From IMG/VR virus record IMGVR_UViG_3300030099_005362: DNA of 64,000 nt. One strand, given 5' to 3'. This document shows, one piece after another, positions 47,062-56,049 of the stretch (position 1 is its first letter; the number at the start of each line of letters is the position of its first letter). The notes below the pieces were generated by a model. The model saw only the letters and a list, made by a program, of their open reading frames with translations. It did not search any database and had not been told where the DNA came from. The position numbers and the translations under genes were made by a program. This DNA comes from a virus.

Positions 47062-47904
47062 TTACGGACATGTGCCGTCTCTCTTTTTTCTGTTTTCAGA
47101 TATGGATAGAGGTCTTGTATTTTTATAGTTCATTACCTTGTAAACATTTTCTTTGTTGGTTAGGTCTACCGAGTTAAACGGAATTATATGATCTAGCTCC
47201 CACACCTCTCCCCGATTGTCCCAAGTCCAACCTTCTTCAAACTGAGACTCTATCCACTCCAAAAAGAAGTCCCTTGAGCAGCCGAGAGAATCTCTTATAA
47301 ATGAGAACTGAGGACTTGCTCTTCTTCCGCTTTTTACATTGTAGTAGTCATTGTCTCTTATTTTAATATTGCTTTTATCAAGAACGTATTGTCTGACATC
47401 GTTTAGTTCTGCGTCTTGTCCCAAGTGATCCAGTGCCTCTCTAACCATATTAGACTTATTTAGGCTTCTCTTTGGTTCTCTTCTTATGAATTGATTTAAT
47501 CCAGAACCCAATCTTGATCTTATTCTTGCCTGTTGATTATTTTGCTTTTCTTCTTTTCGACCAAGATTGTAACAATTTTTACACTTTGATCCACCGCTGT
47601 CTCCTTTTTGCCTAGCAAAACTTCTATGATGTATAGAAGCACAACGTATACATAGGAACTCCTGTTCATGCACTCCCTCTATGATCGTACCTGACTGGAG
47701 CTGTGTGTTCCGAAATGTGGAGTCCTCTATTTTAGATTGATGTATCTTAAAGGATATAGTCCTACCACAGTCCGTGTCAAACTCAGCTATTAGCCCAGTT
47801 CTGTTTGCGGCATATAGGGCGACTAATCTTATTTTCTTTTTCCACCAGCCAGTGTCCCACGTTATGGTATTCTGCTCTAAAAGTTTTTCACGCTTAGTTT
47901 TCAT
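47062..47904 (-). CDS. HNH-family endonuclease-like protein
   Basis: CIRC...CKNC; W.WDN.G..WELDHIIP...NTRPL..EN..K. Confidence 0.75.
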   Translation of the reverse strand: MKTKREKLLEQNTITWDTGWWKKKIRLVALYAANRTGLIAEFDTDCGRTISFKIHQSKIEDSTFRNTQLQSGTIIEGVHEQEFLCIRCASIHHRSFARQKGDSGGSKCKNCYNLGRKEEKQNNQQARIRSRLGSGLNQFIRREPKRSLNKSNMVREALDHLGQDAELNDVRQYVLDKSNIKIRDNDYYNVKSGRRASPQFSFIRDSLGCSRDFFLEWIESQFEEGWTWDNRGEVWELDHIIPFNSVDLTNKENVYKVMNYKNTRPLSISENRKKRDGTCP

Positions 47905-49108
47905 TTCTCCAGCCGTTCATTAGTGTATTCAATGAGTTGCCACCCAGAAATCCCTTTATCTCATCATCAGAATATCTTTCCAAAGAATGTAAATATCTGG
48001 TTAATCTGGGAAGTTCTGATATGTCAACCATCTCATCAGGAGGATCGGTAAACCCGTCATAGTCCGTTCCCAATCCGACTACATTAGCTCCGGCAACATC
48101 TCTCATGTGACTAATTGTTTGTTCAATATACTTTAGCCCCAACGGTGTGTCAACTGGGCTTATCCAATAATTCATAAAGATAACACCTACAACGCCGCCA
48201 TGATCTGCAATCCACTTTAGTTCCCAATCTTCTAGGTTGTATGGATCACGGTTAATTTCAAAGCATCCAGTGTGGCTAGATATAACGAGGCTCTGCTTGT
48301 CGCCAACTATTTCGTATACTTCTTTTCTAGCTTTGGGTGTACAGTGAGCAATATCAATTAACATTCCAAGCTCGGTCATTCTCTGTACGACCTTAGCACC
48401 TAAAGCGGTAAGCCCCTTATTCATGTCCCATCCGGCCATGAGGTTTTTCCAGTTACTTCTTTTGATCCCGTAGGTGGGGTAAGGAAACACCGGAGGAGCT
48501 ACTTTGTTAGGATAGAAGTGTGCCAGCGTCAGATATGCTACACCTCTTTGGGATAAGTATTCAAGGTTACTCAAAACCTCTGACTCTATGTCTTGGCTAA
48601 TTTCTGATGTCTCGCTCTCTATTCCTTCTAGGCTATGACCGCCCTCAACCGAATGTATAAAGGCTATATTCTTTTCAGCCAAAATATCTATCAAAGAGTT
48701 CTTGTCTTTGGCAAACTTTATTTTTCTTTCTGGTTCTTTGTTGTTATACGACTCAGCCTCTTTCTCCATTGCATCCATCATAGACACGGTAGCGTCAAAA
48801 TAGAAAGGATCGAAGACACGCTTCTTCGTTTCTGGTGATAAAGTCAAAGCCAGTTTTACAAGACCCTGATCTTCTATCCATTCTCGCTCAGGTATATAAC
48901 ACGTTGAGAAAACAACATCAACGCCACCCTTGTCTAATAAGGGAAATGTGCTTCTCTGACTCAAAGGCCAGAAGGCTCTCTTAAATAAAGATGCTAAAAA
49001 TTTAGTCTTGCTTGTTGTTAAGTCTCTGTCGAGGAGAAACTTTTTTAAGACTGCGTGATTGTGAAGGTCTACAACAGTAGCGTCTTCGTGTAATTGCTGC
49101 CAAGTCAT
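47894..49108 (-). CDS. Membrane dipeptidase (peptidase M19, amidohydrolase fold)
   Basis: DLHNH, SVEGGH, IDIAH, SSHTG, GLGTDYDG, GGN. Confidence 0.88.
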   Translation of the reverse strand: MTWQQLHEDATVVDLHNHAVLKKFLLDRDLTTSKTKFLASLFKRAFWPLSQRSTFPLLDKGGVDVVFSTCYIPEREWIEDQGLVKLALTLSPETKKRVFDPFYFDATVSMMDAMEKEAESYNNKEPERKIKFAKDKNSLIDILAEKNIAFIHSVEGGHSLEGIESETSEISQDIESEVLSNLEYLSQRGVAYLTLAHFYPNKVAPPVFPYPTYGIKRSNWKNLMAGWDMNKGLTALGAKVVQRMTELGMLIDIAHCTPKARKEVYEIVGDKQSLVISSHTGCFEINRDPYNLEDWELKWIADHGGVVGVIFMNYWISPVDTPLGLKYIEQTISHMRDVAGANVVGLGTDYDGFTDPPDEMVDISELPRLTRYLHSLERYSDDEIKGFLGGNSLNTLMNGWRNEN

Positions 49109-49120
49109 TGGTAAAACTCC

Positions 49121-49624
49121 TTAAACTAGGTAGGACTTTACGCCCACACCCTTAGCTAATTCTATGTTCTCTCTATTATCGTCATAAAAATAGATTTTAT
49201 CATACAATTTCATAATTGTTAGTAGTGATTTTTTCTTAGCGTTTGCTATTCCGCAGTGATCGTCGCTATCTCCCACGCATATAATTTGCTTGGCCTCTAT
49301 GCCAGCTAATTTCAAAAACTTAGCTATAGCGTCTGCGACATCATTACTTCTAGCGGTTAAAATATATACATCATGCTGTTCGCCATATACTTCTTTAGCT
49401 AAATTGATTAGCTCGGTTGGCTTGCCGTCAATAACTAAATCGGGACACCTGAACTGAGAGAAGTCAAACCTCTCGCCATTCTTTAGTGTATAACCATTGA
49501 ACTCAGCGGGAGTAAGTTCTCTGATATATCCCCTGCAAGTTTTTGTGTCGGGCATCACAACCAGTACGCAAGCTTCTGTTGTTGCGAGAGTGTCGTCAAA
49601 ATCAAATACAAATGCTTTTCTCAT
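49121..49624 (-). CDS. HAD-superfamily phosphatase
   Basis: FDFDDTL, ILTAR, K, FYDD. Confidence 0.82.
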   Translation of the reverse strand: MRKAFVFDFDDTLATTEACVLVVMPDTKTCRGYIRELTPAEFNGYTLKNGERFDFSQFRCPDLVIDGKPTELINLAKEVYGEQHDVYILTARSNDVADAIAKFLKLAGIEAKQIICVGDSDDHCGIANAKKKSLLTIMKLYDKIYFYDDNRENIELAKGVGVKSYLV

Positions 49625-50121
49625 TTTTGATCTCCTATATATTCATGTGAATAGCATACTCTCATAGATAGAGATTCTTTCACCATGTTATTATAGTTTT
49701 TCTTTCTGCCGATGTTATCGGGTCTTGCCTTCTTGTTCTTGCTGGTTGGTCGCCATACTTTTCGCTGACTTCGAGCTTCTCCTAATTTTATATTGGCGGT
49801 CTTTGAGAAAAATCTTTTTTCTTCTCCTGTTAAAATTTTACCAACACATTCTGACATGTTGTTGCCAATGCCCATGCCCTGATAGTCCGACAGGACAACG
49901 AGCCTATGTTCTCTCCAAGCGTTTTTAAGAGAGCCGCTCGGCATGGCTAGTACAGAGTTAAAGGCTACAGGATTGCCCCAGAGATAAGCAACCCAACAGC
50001 GTGCAGCCTTGTTGAGAGAGTCACCAAGATAATGATGCTTCTTAAAAAGATTCCAGTATCTTTCCTTGAACTCTTTTGGAATCTCATAGACTTCTAACTG
50101 TATGGTTGGTCTTTTGAACAT
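49621..50121 (-). CDS. GNAT-family acetyltransferase
   Basis: FKKHHYL, RLVVLSDYQGMGIG (acetyl-CoA binding motif A). Confidence 0.82.
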   Translation of the reverse strand: MFKRPTIQLEVYEIPKEFKERYWNLFKKHHYLGDSLNKAARCWVAYLWGNPVAFNSVLAMPSGSLKNAWREHRLVVLSDYQGMGIGNNMSECVGKILTGEEKRFFSKTANIKLGEARSQRKVWRPTSKNKKARPDNIGRKKNYNNMVKESLSMRVCYSHEYIGDQK

Positions 50122-50741
50122 TAGTATATCTCTATCTTTGCTACCTTCTTTAATTGCTGGCGTGGATCGTCATTAACAAAACGTTCGCCGCTGTCACAGT
50201 CAAAAACCCAATCAGGTTCTATCCATTCAATTATATCTTTATGACAAGAACATAAAACTACATTCCTGATGTCCTTGCGTCTGATATATTTGCTCAGGGC
50301 TACTGACAAACTCTTTGCTGTTTCCCTGTTGACCTCTGAGGTAAACTCATCCAATATCATACCGTTCCGTAACTTTCTAGCTACAACAGCACGGTACTTT
50401 TCGCCATTGCTAAGGACATGAAAAGGTTTGCATAACGTCGGGACAGAGGCGAGTCCACAAGCAAACAGTTTCTCAATAGCTTCGTCTGGTGTTTCAAAGT
50501 GTGAAACGATAGCCTTATCGTTAAGCCAGAGCGTGCTATTGTCATTGGCTCTGAAGTGATGGTTTAGAATCTGGCTTTTACCGCTTCCACTTGAACCTAC
50601 AATCATGCCGATGTTGAAGTCAGCCATAGGCAATTCAAAATCTGGAATGTCGGTTGTGATAGTCCCGTCGAAGTCTAGGTCGAAAGCCTGTGCAACCTTA
50701 GAAGTAAAATCGTCTGGCTCTACGTTGATGCTAATTTTCAT
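50121..50741 (-). CDS. Soluble ABC-type ATPase
   Basis: GSSGSGKS, LSNGE, ILDEF, H-switch SCH. Confidence 0.85.
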   Translation of the reverse strand: MKISINVEPDDFTSKVAQAFDLDFDGTITTDIPDFELPMADFNIGMIVGSSGSGKSQILNHHFRANDNSTLWLNDKAIVSHFETPDEAIEKLFACGLASVPTLCKPFHVLSNGEKYRAVVARKLRNGMILDEFTSEVNRETAKSLSVALSKYIRRKDIRNVVLCSCHKDIIEWIEPDWVFDCDSGERFVNDDPRQQLKKVAKIEIY

Positions 50742-51166
50742 TGTAGGTAATTTCCCCCCTGTAGTTTATCTAATATGTTTTCCAGTGTCTCTGCTTGAAA
50801 GAGATTGGCTGACGCAAACGCTCTGATTGACTGATCTACTTCTCTCTGATCTTTTGCGACCTGCTCAAATGTGTGCGGAACGTCATCGTCCTCGATAGAC
50901 TCATCCGAGGTAATCATTTCAGATATGGTTGCCCTAACTGGTGGCTTGATCTCCCTACCTTCTATAAGATTTAGTATCTGGATCATAACTTCCGCATTGT
51001 ATGAGTCTGTAGCGGCAACGATACCTAAGCTATGGATTTGTTTTGTGTTCCAGTTTACAACCTTCTCTATCTTTGATTCGGTCTGTAGGTCGCTGTAGTA
51101 TTTACCACCGACAAACGAAGCAAAACAGCAAATGAGGGCAAGATTTAGTAGTATGACGTTCTTCAT
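50738..51166 (-). CDS. Membrane-anchored/exported hypothetical protein
   Basis: N-terminal hydrophobic helix. Confidence 0.55.
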   Translation of the reverse strand: MKNVILLNLALICCFASFVGGKYYSDLQTESKIEKVVNWNTKQIHSLGIVAATDSYNAEVMIQILNLIEGREIKPPVRATISEMITSDESIEDDDVPHTFEQVAKDQREVDQSIRAFASANLFQAETLENILDKLQGGNYLQ

Positions 51167-51305
51167 TTTCTTCCTCTTATTTTATTATTTATGGTAACTA
51201 TTATATTCCAAGCTATTGGAATTATTAAAACTAAATCGTTAATACGGAACGATAACTCTATAAAAGTTACCAGAACTAAAATGTTAAACGGTATTGTTGG
51301 TATCA

Positions 51306-52220
51306 TCAGTGTAATGCGTACATTGATCTGGCGTTCTTTAGATGTGAAGCACAGGCACGAATAGCTGCGTCCTTAGACTTGAGTTCTATATCCCAGTCGT
51401 AGTCGTCGCTACACGGGAAGTCTACCGGCATGTCTGCGTGACTGCGTGGATTGGTCTTTTCAGGATGTGACTCACTGTAATGAAACAGTGGCTTGATGTC
51501 ACCCCAAGTCTCTGCACACTCTAGGTAAGTGTTCTTGGCTGATGGGTTACACCGGTCATGCAGGTTGTCATATGTGATGGGTAGGTTAAAATACTTGAGT
51601 AGGTTATCTACATTCCAGCAACCTTTGTCCTCGTTCTCTATAACCAGTCGGCTAGTTACAGCTTGACTGCACTGGTTTAAGCGAAACATGAAACGAGTAG
51701 CGATCTCAGCGAGATCACCCTTTGTGCAGTTGACATGGATGTTCATAGGATTGTAGTAACTACGCTCACAGCCTAGCTGATCCATGACCCAACCATGATG
51801 ATTTAGCTCTAGGATGGTCTTGTCTACTGACGCTTGATTTTCGCTGGCAAGCACGTTGAACTGATCTGGGTGCATAGACAGTCGCACTCCCCAGAAGCTC
51901 TTGTTCTCCCACGCAGTGTCGTTGAGGGTCTGCATGATAGCCTCGTACTGAGGTACGTCTGAGATGTCGTAACCGAACTCAGGGTGAGTCAGTACGGGAA
52001 AGAGGTTGCTTGATATACGGTAGCCCCAGCGGTTCTCCCAGCAATGCAGGATAGCAAGCCTTGTGACCTGTACGTTATTAAGCCAGCGTGAGCCTAACTC
52101 GTTGAGTGCGTGAGAGATACTGTGTTGACTGCACAGATCGTTATAACGCTTCCATGTCATAGTCTGGAAAGCGTGGCCTTGTTCTTTGAGTTCGTTACTG
52201 ATGCAACATAGACTGTACAT
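51306..52220 (-). CDS. uvsE: UV-damage endonuclease
   Basis: YRISSNLFP, RLSMHPDQF, NIH, IENED, DNLH, FHYSES, HAD, IELKSKD. Confidence 0.92.
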   Translation of the reverse strand: MYSLCCISNELKEQGHAFQTMTWKRYNDLCSQHSISHALNELGSRWLNNVQVTRLAILHCWENRWGYRISSNLFPVLTHPEFGYDISDVPQYEAIMQTLNDTAWENKSFWGVRLSMHPDQFNVLASENQASVDKTILELNHHGWVMDQLGCERSYYNPMNIHVNCTKGDLAEIATRFMFRLNQCSQAVTSRLVIENEDKGCWNVDNLLKYFNLPITYDNLHDRCNPSAKNTYLECAETWGDIKPLFHYSESHPEKTNPRSHADMPVDFPCSDDYDWDIELKSKDAAIRACASHLKNARSMYALH

Positions 52221-52264
52221 AATATTCTCCTGAAAGTGCTGACTCGCTATGGTTAGTAATTAAG

Positions 52265-52336
52265 TAGCCCGACGAGGAATCGAACCTCGAATTGCGGTTT
52301 AGAAGACCGCTGTTATATCCGTTTAACTATCAGGCC
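52265..52336 (-). tRNA. tRNA-Arg (TCT)
   Basis: Cloverleaf; anticodon arm GCGGT-CTTCTAA-ACCGC; T arm CGAGG-TTCGATT-CCTCG. Confidence 0.92.
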
Positions 52337-52340
52337 ATAG

Positions 52341-52414
52341 TAGACTCGGAGGGACTTGAACCCCCGACCAAGAAATTATGAGTTTCCTGCTCTGACCAAC
52401 TGAGCTACGAGTCC
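52341..52414 (-). tRNA. tRNA with CAT anticodon (probably Ile2/lysidine, otherwise elongator Met)
   Basis: GGACTCG acceptor (C4-G69), TAGCTCAGTTGG, anticodon loop CTCATAA. Confidence 0.88.
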
Positions 52415-52419
52415 ACAAG

Positions 52420-52491
52420 TAGTACGGGCAAGAATCGAACTTGCGGAGGCGAGTATATAAGACTCACGGAGATAACCAATCCCACCGTACC
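52420..52491 (-). tRNA. tRNA-Ile (TAT), atypical D arm
   Basis: GGTACGG/CCGTACT acceptor, TGAGT-CTTATAT-ACTCG, GCAAG-TTCGATT-CTTGC. Confidence 0.75.
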
Positions 52492-52501
52492 ATGTAAATC
52501 A

Positions 52502-52541
52502 ATTATAACATACCTATCGGCATTTGTCAATCGGGTCTTTA
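52502..52541 (-). promoter_or_regulatory. Composite sigma70 + sigma28-like promoter for the tRNA cluster
   Basis: TAAAG-6-TTGACA-aatGCCGATA-7-TATAAT. Confidence 0.85.
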
Positions 52542-52559
52542 GAAAAAATTAAAAGAAAG

Positions 52560-52632
52560 TACCCCGTAGGAGAATTGAACTCCTGTCTTCAGGATGAAAA
52601 CCTGATGTCCTAGTCCACTAGACGAACGGGGC
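52560..52632 (-). tRNA. tRNA-Glu (TTC)
   Basis: GCCCCGT acceptor, TCAGG-TTTTCAT-CCTGA, T arm AGGAG-TTCAATT-CTCCT. Confidence 0.92.
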
Positions 52633-52651
52633 AACCTAAGACTTTTCAATA

Positions 52652-53062
52652 TCAGAAACTAAATTCTGCCAATGTTATAAAGTCTTGATTGTCGATCTCT
52701 CTATGTAGAGGGAAGATCAACTTATTTGATTCCACTGGCTCACCCAAGTCGATCTCTGGAGGAGTTGTGGGCATTTCTTTCAATCTAGGCGGAGTCCAGA
52801 ATCCTCTTTCGTACCGGAACATTCTAGGCTTAGGCCAGTTGAATCTAGACCTGAATGGAGAAGTAATAATATCTCCTGTTCCTTTGATAATCTTCTTGGT
52901 TCCTGCTACAGTCTTACAGCCTACTTCCTTGAGGTAAAGACCCGTTCCCGTGAGAACGTCACCAACGGTAACTCTCTCAAAGAAGATTGGTTTTCTTTCC
53001 TGTGCATCTGCGATATTGATGCTGAACAGGCTAATCACGATTGCTAAAATAAGATGTCTCAT
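52652..53062 (-). CDS. Exported hypothetical protein
   Basis: Signal peptide ending ADA-Q. Confidence 0.6.
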   Translation of the reverse strand: MRHLILAIVISLFSINIADAQERKPIFFERVTVGDVLTGTGLYLKEVGCKTVAGTKKIIKGTGDIITSPFRSRFNWPKPRMFRYERGFWTPPRLKEMPTTPPEIDLGEPVESNKLIFPLHREIDNQDFITLAEFSF

Positions 53063-53089
53063 TTTTATTCCTTTGGTAAAAGTGTAAAG

Positions 53090-53123
53090 AAAAGCCGGAG
53101 CCGCATCCTAACGACCCCGACTT
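53090..53123 (-). terminator. Intrinsic terminator after rIIB
   Basis: AGTCGGGGTCG...CGGCTCCGGCT followed by T-tract. Confidence 0.7.
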
Positions 53124-53141
53124 CGTTCTAACCAACCACGA

Positions 53142-53978
53142 TTAGAAATCTAATTGTTCGTTTTGGTACTCCTCTGTTTCGTAGTAGTCATCGTACTCGT
53201 CCTCCATGAACACTTCTTCTTCCAGTTGCTCACGGGCAATGGCAACTACAGTATACTTGCTGACTCTCATCTTGGAGTAATTACAATCAGTCGGTACGCT
53301 AACAATGTCAGCGGGGTCGAACTTGACAAGCAAAACAACACCATCATTGCCAGCCCAGTCATTGGCGTACTCGTAAGTACCCACATGTAGACCTGCGGCA
53401 CATCCTTCGTTGCAGTTGTCGCTGACTTTGCGACGATTCATACTACACTCATCACCGATGTTATTGCGGAACGAGTTGCCAGTGTACTTGTCAACGTGAT
53501 CGCCAGCAGTAAGAGGGCGACCGTTATTGTCTTTCCGGTCATCACCCTGATAGATGCTGACTCCCTTGTAGCCAATTAACATTCCGTCATCGGAAATTGG
53601 TAGACCTTTGTGACTACACCATGTGTAGGATTCTTGAACAGCACGATTGCTGACGTTCTGATAGAGGCGGTCTAGATAGGCAAGCATAGGCTGATGATCC
53701 CAGCCGTTCTTGAGCATATTGATGATACGCTCGGTTGGCTGACTCGCTACCTGCTCGTCCTCGTAATACAGGAACCCGTCACGGAACTCAAAGTTACCTT
53801 CTGACCAGTTCTCGATGACCGTACCCGTGTTGAAAAGAGTTACAAACTCATTCTCATCTCCAGCCATGACGCACTCGCAAAGCCCATTATATTCTGGGTG
53901 AGTGTGGTCATATTGAAATGGCTGACCGCCAAGTACAACAGTCCAGTGATTGTCGTTTGATTTGATATGTGACAACAT
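53142..53978 (-). CDS. rIIB: rIIB-like protein (start moved to MLSHIK)
   Basis: LPISDDG..IGYK, MNRRKV, C..GLHVG...YA, DPADIVSVP.D....KMRVSKY. Confidence 0.85.
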   Translation of the reverse strand: MLSHIKSNDNHWTVVLGGQPFQYDHTHPEYNGLCECVMAGDENEFVTLFNTGTVIENWSEGNFEFRDGFLYYEDEQVASQPTERIINMLKNGWDHQPMLAYLDRLYQNVSNRAVQESYTWCSHKGLPISDDGMLIGYKGVSIYQGDDRKDNNGRPLTAGDHVDKYTGNSFRNNIGDECSMNRRKVSDNCNEGCAAGLHVGTYEYANDWAGNDGVVLLVKFDPADIVSVPTDCNYSKMRVSKYTVVAIAREQLEEEVFMEDEYDDYYETEEYQNEQLDF

Positions 53979-54024
53979 AGTTCTAATCCTCGCTAAAAGT
54001 GAAAGTGGTTGATTCGATACTTTA

Positions 54025-54064
54025 ATTATAATATAGTTATCGTCGTTTGTCAATAGGTTCTTTA
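54025..54064 (-). promoter_or_regulatory. Composite sigma70 + sigma28-like promoter for rIIB
   Basis: TAAAG-6-TTGACA-aacgaCGATA-7-TATAAT. Confidence 0.85.
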
Positions 54065-54158
54065 CAAATTTCTAAAAATATTCCAAACTATCAGTGCGTT
54101 ACAAATAACTGCTTGTAATACAATTATAGTTCTAATAAAGGCTACCTTGTCGGCCTCC

Positions 54159-54392
54159 TTATCTTCTCCTATCTTCTCCCCCAGAGCTTTTGCCCAAAGC
54201 CTCCACATTGTGTCCCATCTCCTTTAGTTCTTTAATTGTTACGCCGAAAGCATCTGTAAGTTCTTCGTAAAGGTCAATCATCTGTGTTAGACTGTAAACA
54301 CCTTCTTGAATGAAGCACTCGGTCGTTGTGTCTACTATGTCAACAGTAACATACCTACCTTCCCAAACTGTTTTAATATCGTCCATTTTCAT
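54159..54392 (-). CDS. Small acidic hypothetical protein
   Basis: Early-region ORF. Confidence 0.5.
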   Translation of the reverse strand: MKMDDIKTVWEGRYVTVDIVDTTTECFIQEGVYSLTQMIDLYEELTDAFGVTIKELKEMGHNVEALGKSSGGEDRRR

Positions 54393-54687
54393 CCTTGCTG
54401 CTCCACATCATAGTCCTCGATGGCATAGTCCCAATCTTCTGGTAGTCCTCTGACATCTACACACATGCCACCTTCAATGACTACTGTGATTTCGTGATAC
54501 CTGTCCACTACCATCTCATGCTTGCTTAAAGTTACTGTATTACTCATCTTTCAATACTCCTTCTACGCAGAGAATTTCCCACGCATCATCCATCGCAGAT
54601 TGTAAATGTTTAGTATAATAGTTATCGGGTACATCTTCAAGAACATTAAAGTATAAACTTTCAATTACCTGTAAAAGATATTTGTTA

Positions 54688-54993
54688 TCACTCATCGTCA
54701 TTCTTATGTATTTGGTAGTCAGTAACTAAATTTGAAATTATTTCTTGCCATTCTGTAATAGTCTTGAAGTCAGACATTAGTTGATCCAAAACAACATCCC
54801 ATTCCACACCATCGTTGTATGTTAAGGAAGATTGTGCGATAAAACAAGCAACAGTATAAGAGGTATGCTGGAAAGCGTTTTCATCACGAAACTCGGCATC
54901 CCAATCGTGAGAATGTTCCTGTGCGTAATGGCAGATTTTTGCACAAGTGTCAACTAGAACTTCTCTTTCTTTTATCAATTCTTTAATTGTCAT
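54688..54993 (-). CDS. Hypothetical protein (MTIKELI...)
   Basis: GAGG RBS, overlapping stop/start. Confidence 0.55.
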   Translation of the reverse strand: MTIKELIKEREVLVDTCAKICHYAQEHSHDWDAEFRDENAFQHTSYTVACFIAQSSLTYNDGVEWDVVLDQLMSDFKTITEWQEIISNLVTDYQIHKNDDE

Positions 54994-55201
54994 CTTCGCC
55001 TCTGAATTTCTCGTTGGTAAAATCTTCTGGTTCGTAACCAAGTTGTTCTAAATTAGCATAGAACATATCGTTATCTTCTAACATGATAGAGTATACGTCA
55101 TCATATACAAACTGGGTAAGTTCTTGGAATGACATGCCATTAACAATATAGTCTGCCAAATTCTTAATCATCTCATGTGTTGGTACTGTAGTATTACTCA
55201 T
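54983..55201 (-). CDS. Small acidic protein (MSNTTV...)
   Basis: Starts in the repeated 19-bp junction. Confidence 0.55.
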   Translation of the reverse strand: MSNTTVPTHEMIKNLADYIVNGMSFQELTQFVYDDVYSIMLEDNDMFYANLEQLGYEPEDFTNEKFRGEDDN

Positions 55202-55418
55202 CTTCAATCTCCCTGTTATATGTTTTCCAATCTTCATCGTAAACACCAGTCTCACTATCGAAGATGTTTTCAAAAACTACTACTATATCGCCTTCTAAAA
55301 TTCGTTGAACAAACTTTGCCTTAGCCTGCTCGATAAGAGTTTCTGGATCAGTTCCAATAGGAGCATCAACAGCAACACAACTATCAAGAGTAAAATCATA
55401 TGATACTTTGTTACTCAT
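55194..55418 (-). CDS. Small acidic protein (MSNKVS...)
   Basis: Starts in the repeated 19-bp junction. Confidence 0.55.
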   Translation of the reverse strand: MSNKVSYDFTLDSCVAVDAPIGTDPETLIEQAKAKFVQRILEGDIVVVFENIFDSETGVYDEDWKTYNREIEDE

Positions 55419-55429
55419 CTTCAATCTCC
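55194..55429 (-). repeat. Exact 19-bp direct repeat GGAGATTGAAGATGAGTAA (55194-55212, 55411-55429)
   Basis: Identical RBS+start junctions; a variant at 54540-54560. Confidence 0.85.
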
Positions 55430-55801
55430 TTACCACCAGCTAGAGTAAACAACAGTGTAACCTTGTTTGATTGCGGCACGAGCCTCACGGATAAACTCAC
55501 GGTCTTGCTCGGCGTAGTGATCGTCAGAGTTTGCACCGAAGAAGAATCCTACTGTCTCTGGTAGTGCTGACTCGTCGAGACTCTGTTCCAGAGCGTCCAA
55601 GTCCTCCAGCGTCAACTCAAGGTCAACACAGTTGAACGATTCTTCACCACCCTTCTCATGGTAGAGTTCTTCCATCCACCCTTGCAGGTTGGGATGCTTA
55701 CGCCAGTAGGCTAACTCCATGCTATCTTCGTAGTAGGTGTAACCATCTGCGTCTGTTGATGGTTCGCCCTTGCGGGCTGTTGCGTATTGATCTAGTCCCA
55801 T
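55430..55801 (-). CDS. Conserved phage early protein (MGLDQY/YWRKH family)
   Basis: MGLDQYA...YWRKHPNLQGWM...GFFFG...YSSWW. Confidence 0.75.
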   Translation of the reverse strand: MGLDQYATARKGEPSTDADGYTYYEDSMELAYWRKHPNLQGWMEELYHEKGGEESFNCVDLELTLEDLDALEQSLDESALPETVGFFFGANSDDHYAEQDREFIREARAAIKQGYTVVYSSWW

Positions 55802-55835
55802 TTTAATTCTCCTGTGATTGGTTAGTTGTCCTTTT

Positions 55836-55863
55836 ATTATAACATCTATCGGCTAATTGTCAA
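55836..55863 (-). promoter_or_regulatory. sigma70-type promoter containing GCCGATA
   Basis: TTGACA-attaGCCGATAgatgt-TATAAT (16-bp spacer). Confidence 0.75.
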
Positions 55864-56049
55864 GAGGCTCAATACATATTTTTCAAATTTTCTTTTGTTT
55901 TTTCCAAGTCCTCATAGTATTCTAAGACAGCCGGACAGTCATCTGCTGTATCACTGCGATCCAAAACATTTACAATGTAAGTCTCATCTGGGCAGTAAAT
56001 TCCAAGAATGATTCCATCCTCGATCTCTACAATAATGTTTTTGTCCATT

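Noticed and set aside
50121-50741. ABC transporter
   Set aside because: No permease or substrate-binding gene; coupled to a GNAT instead
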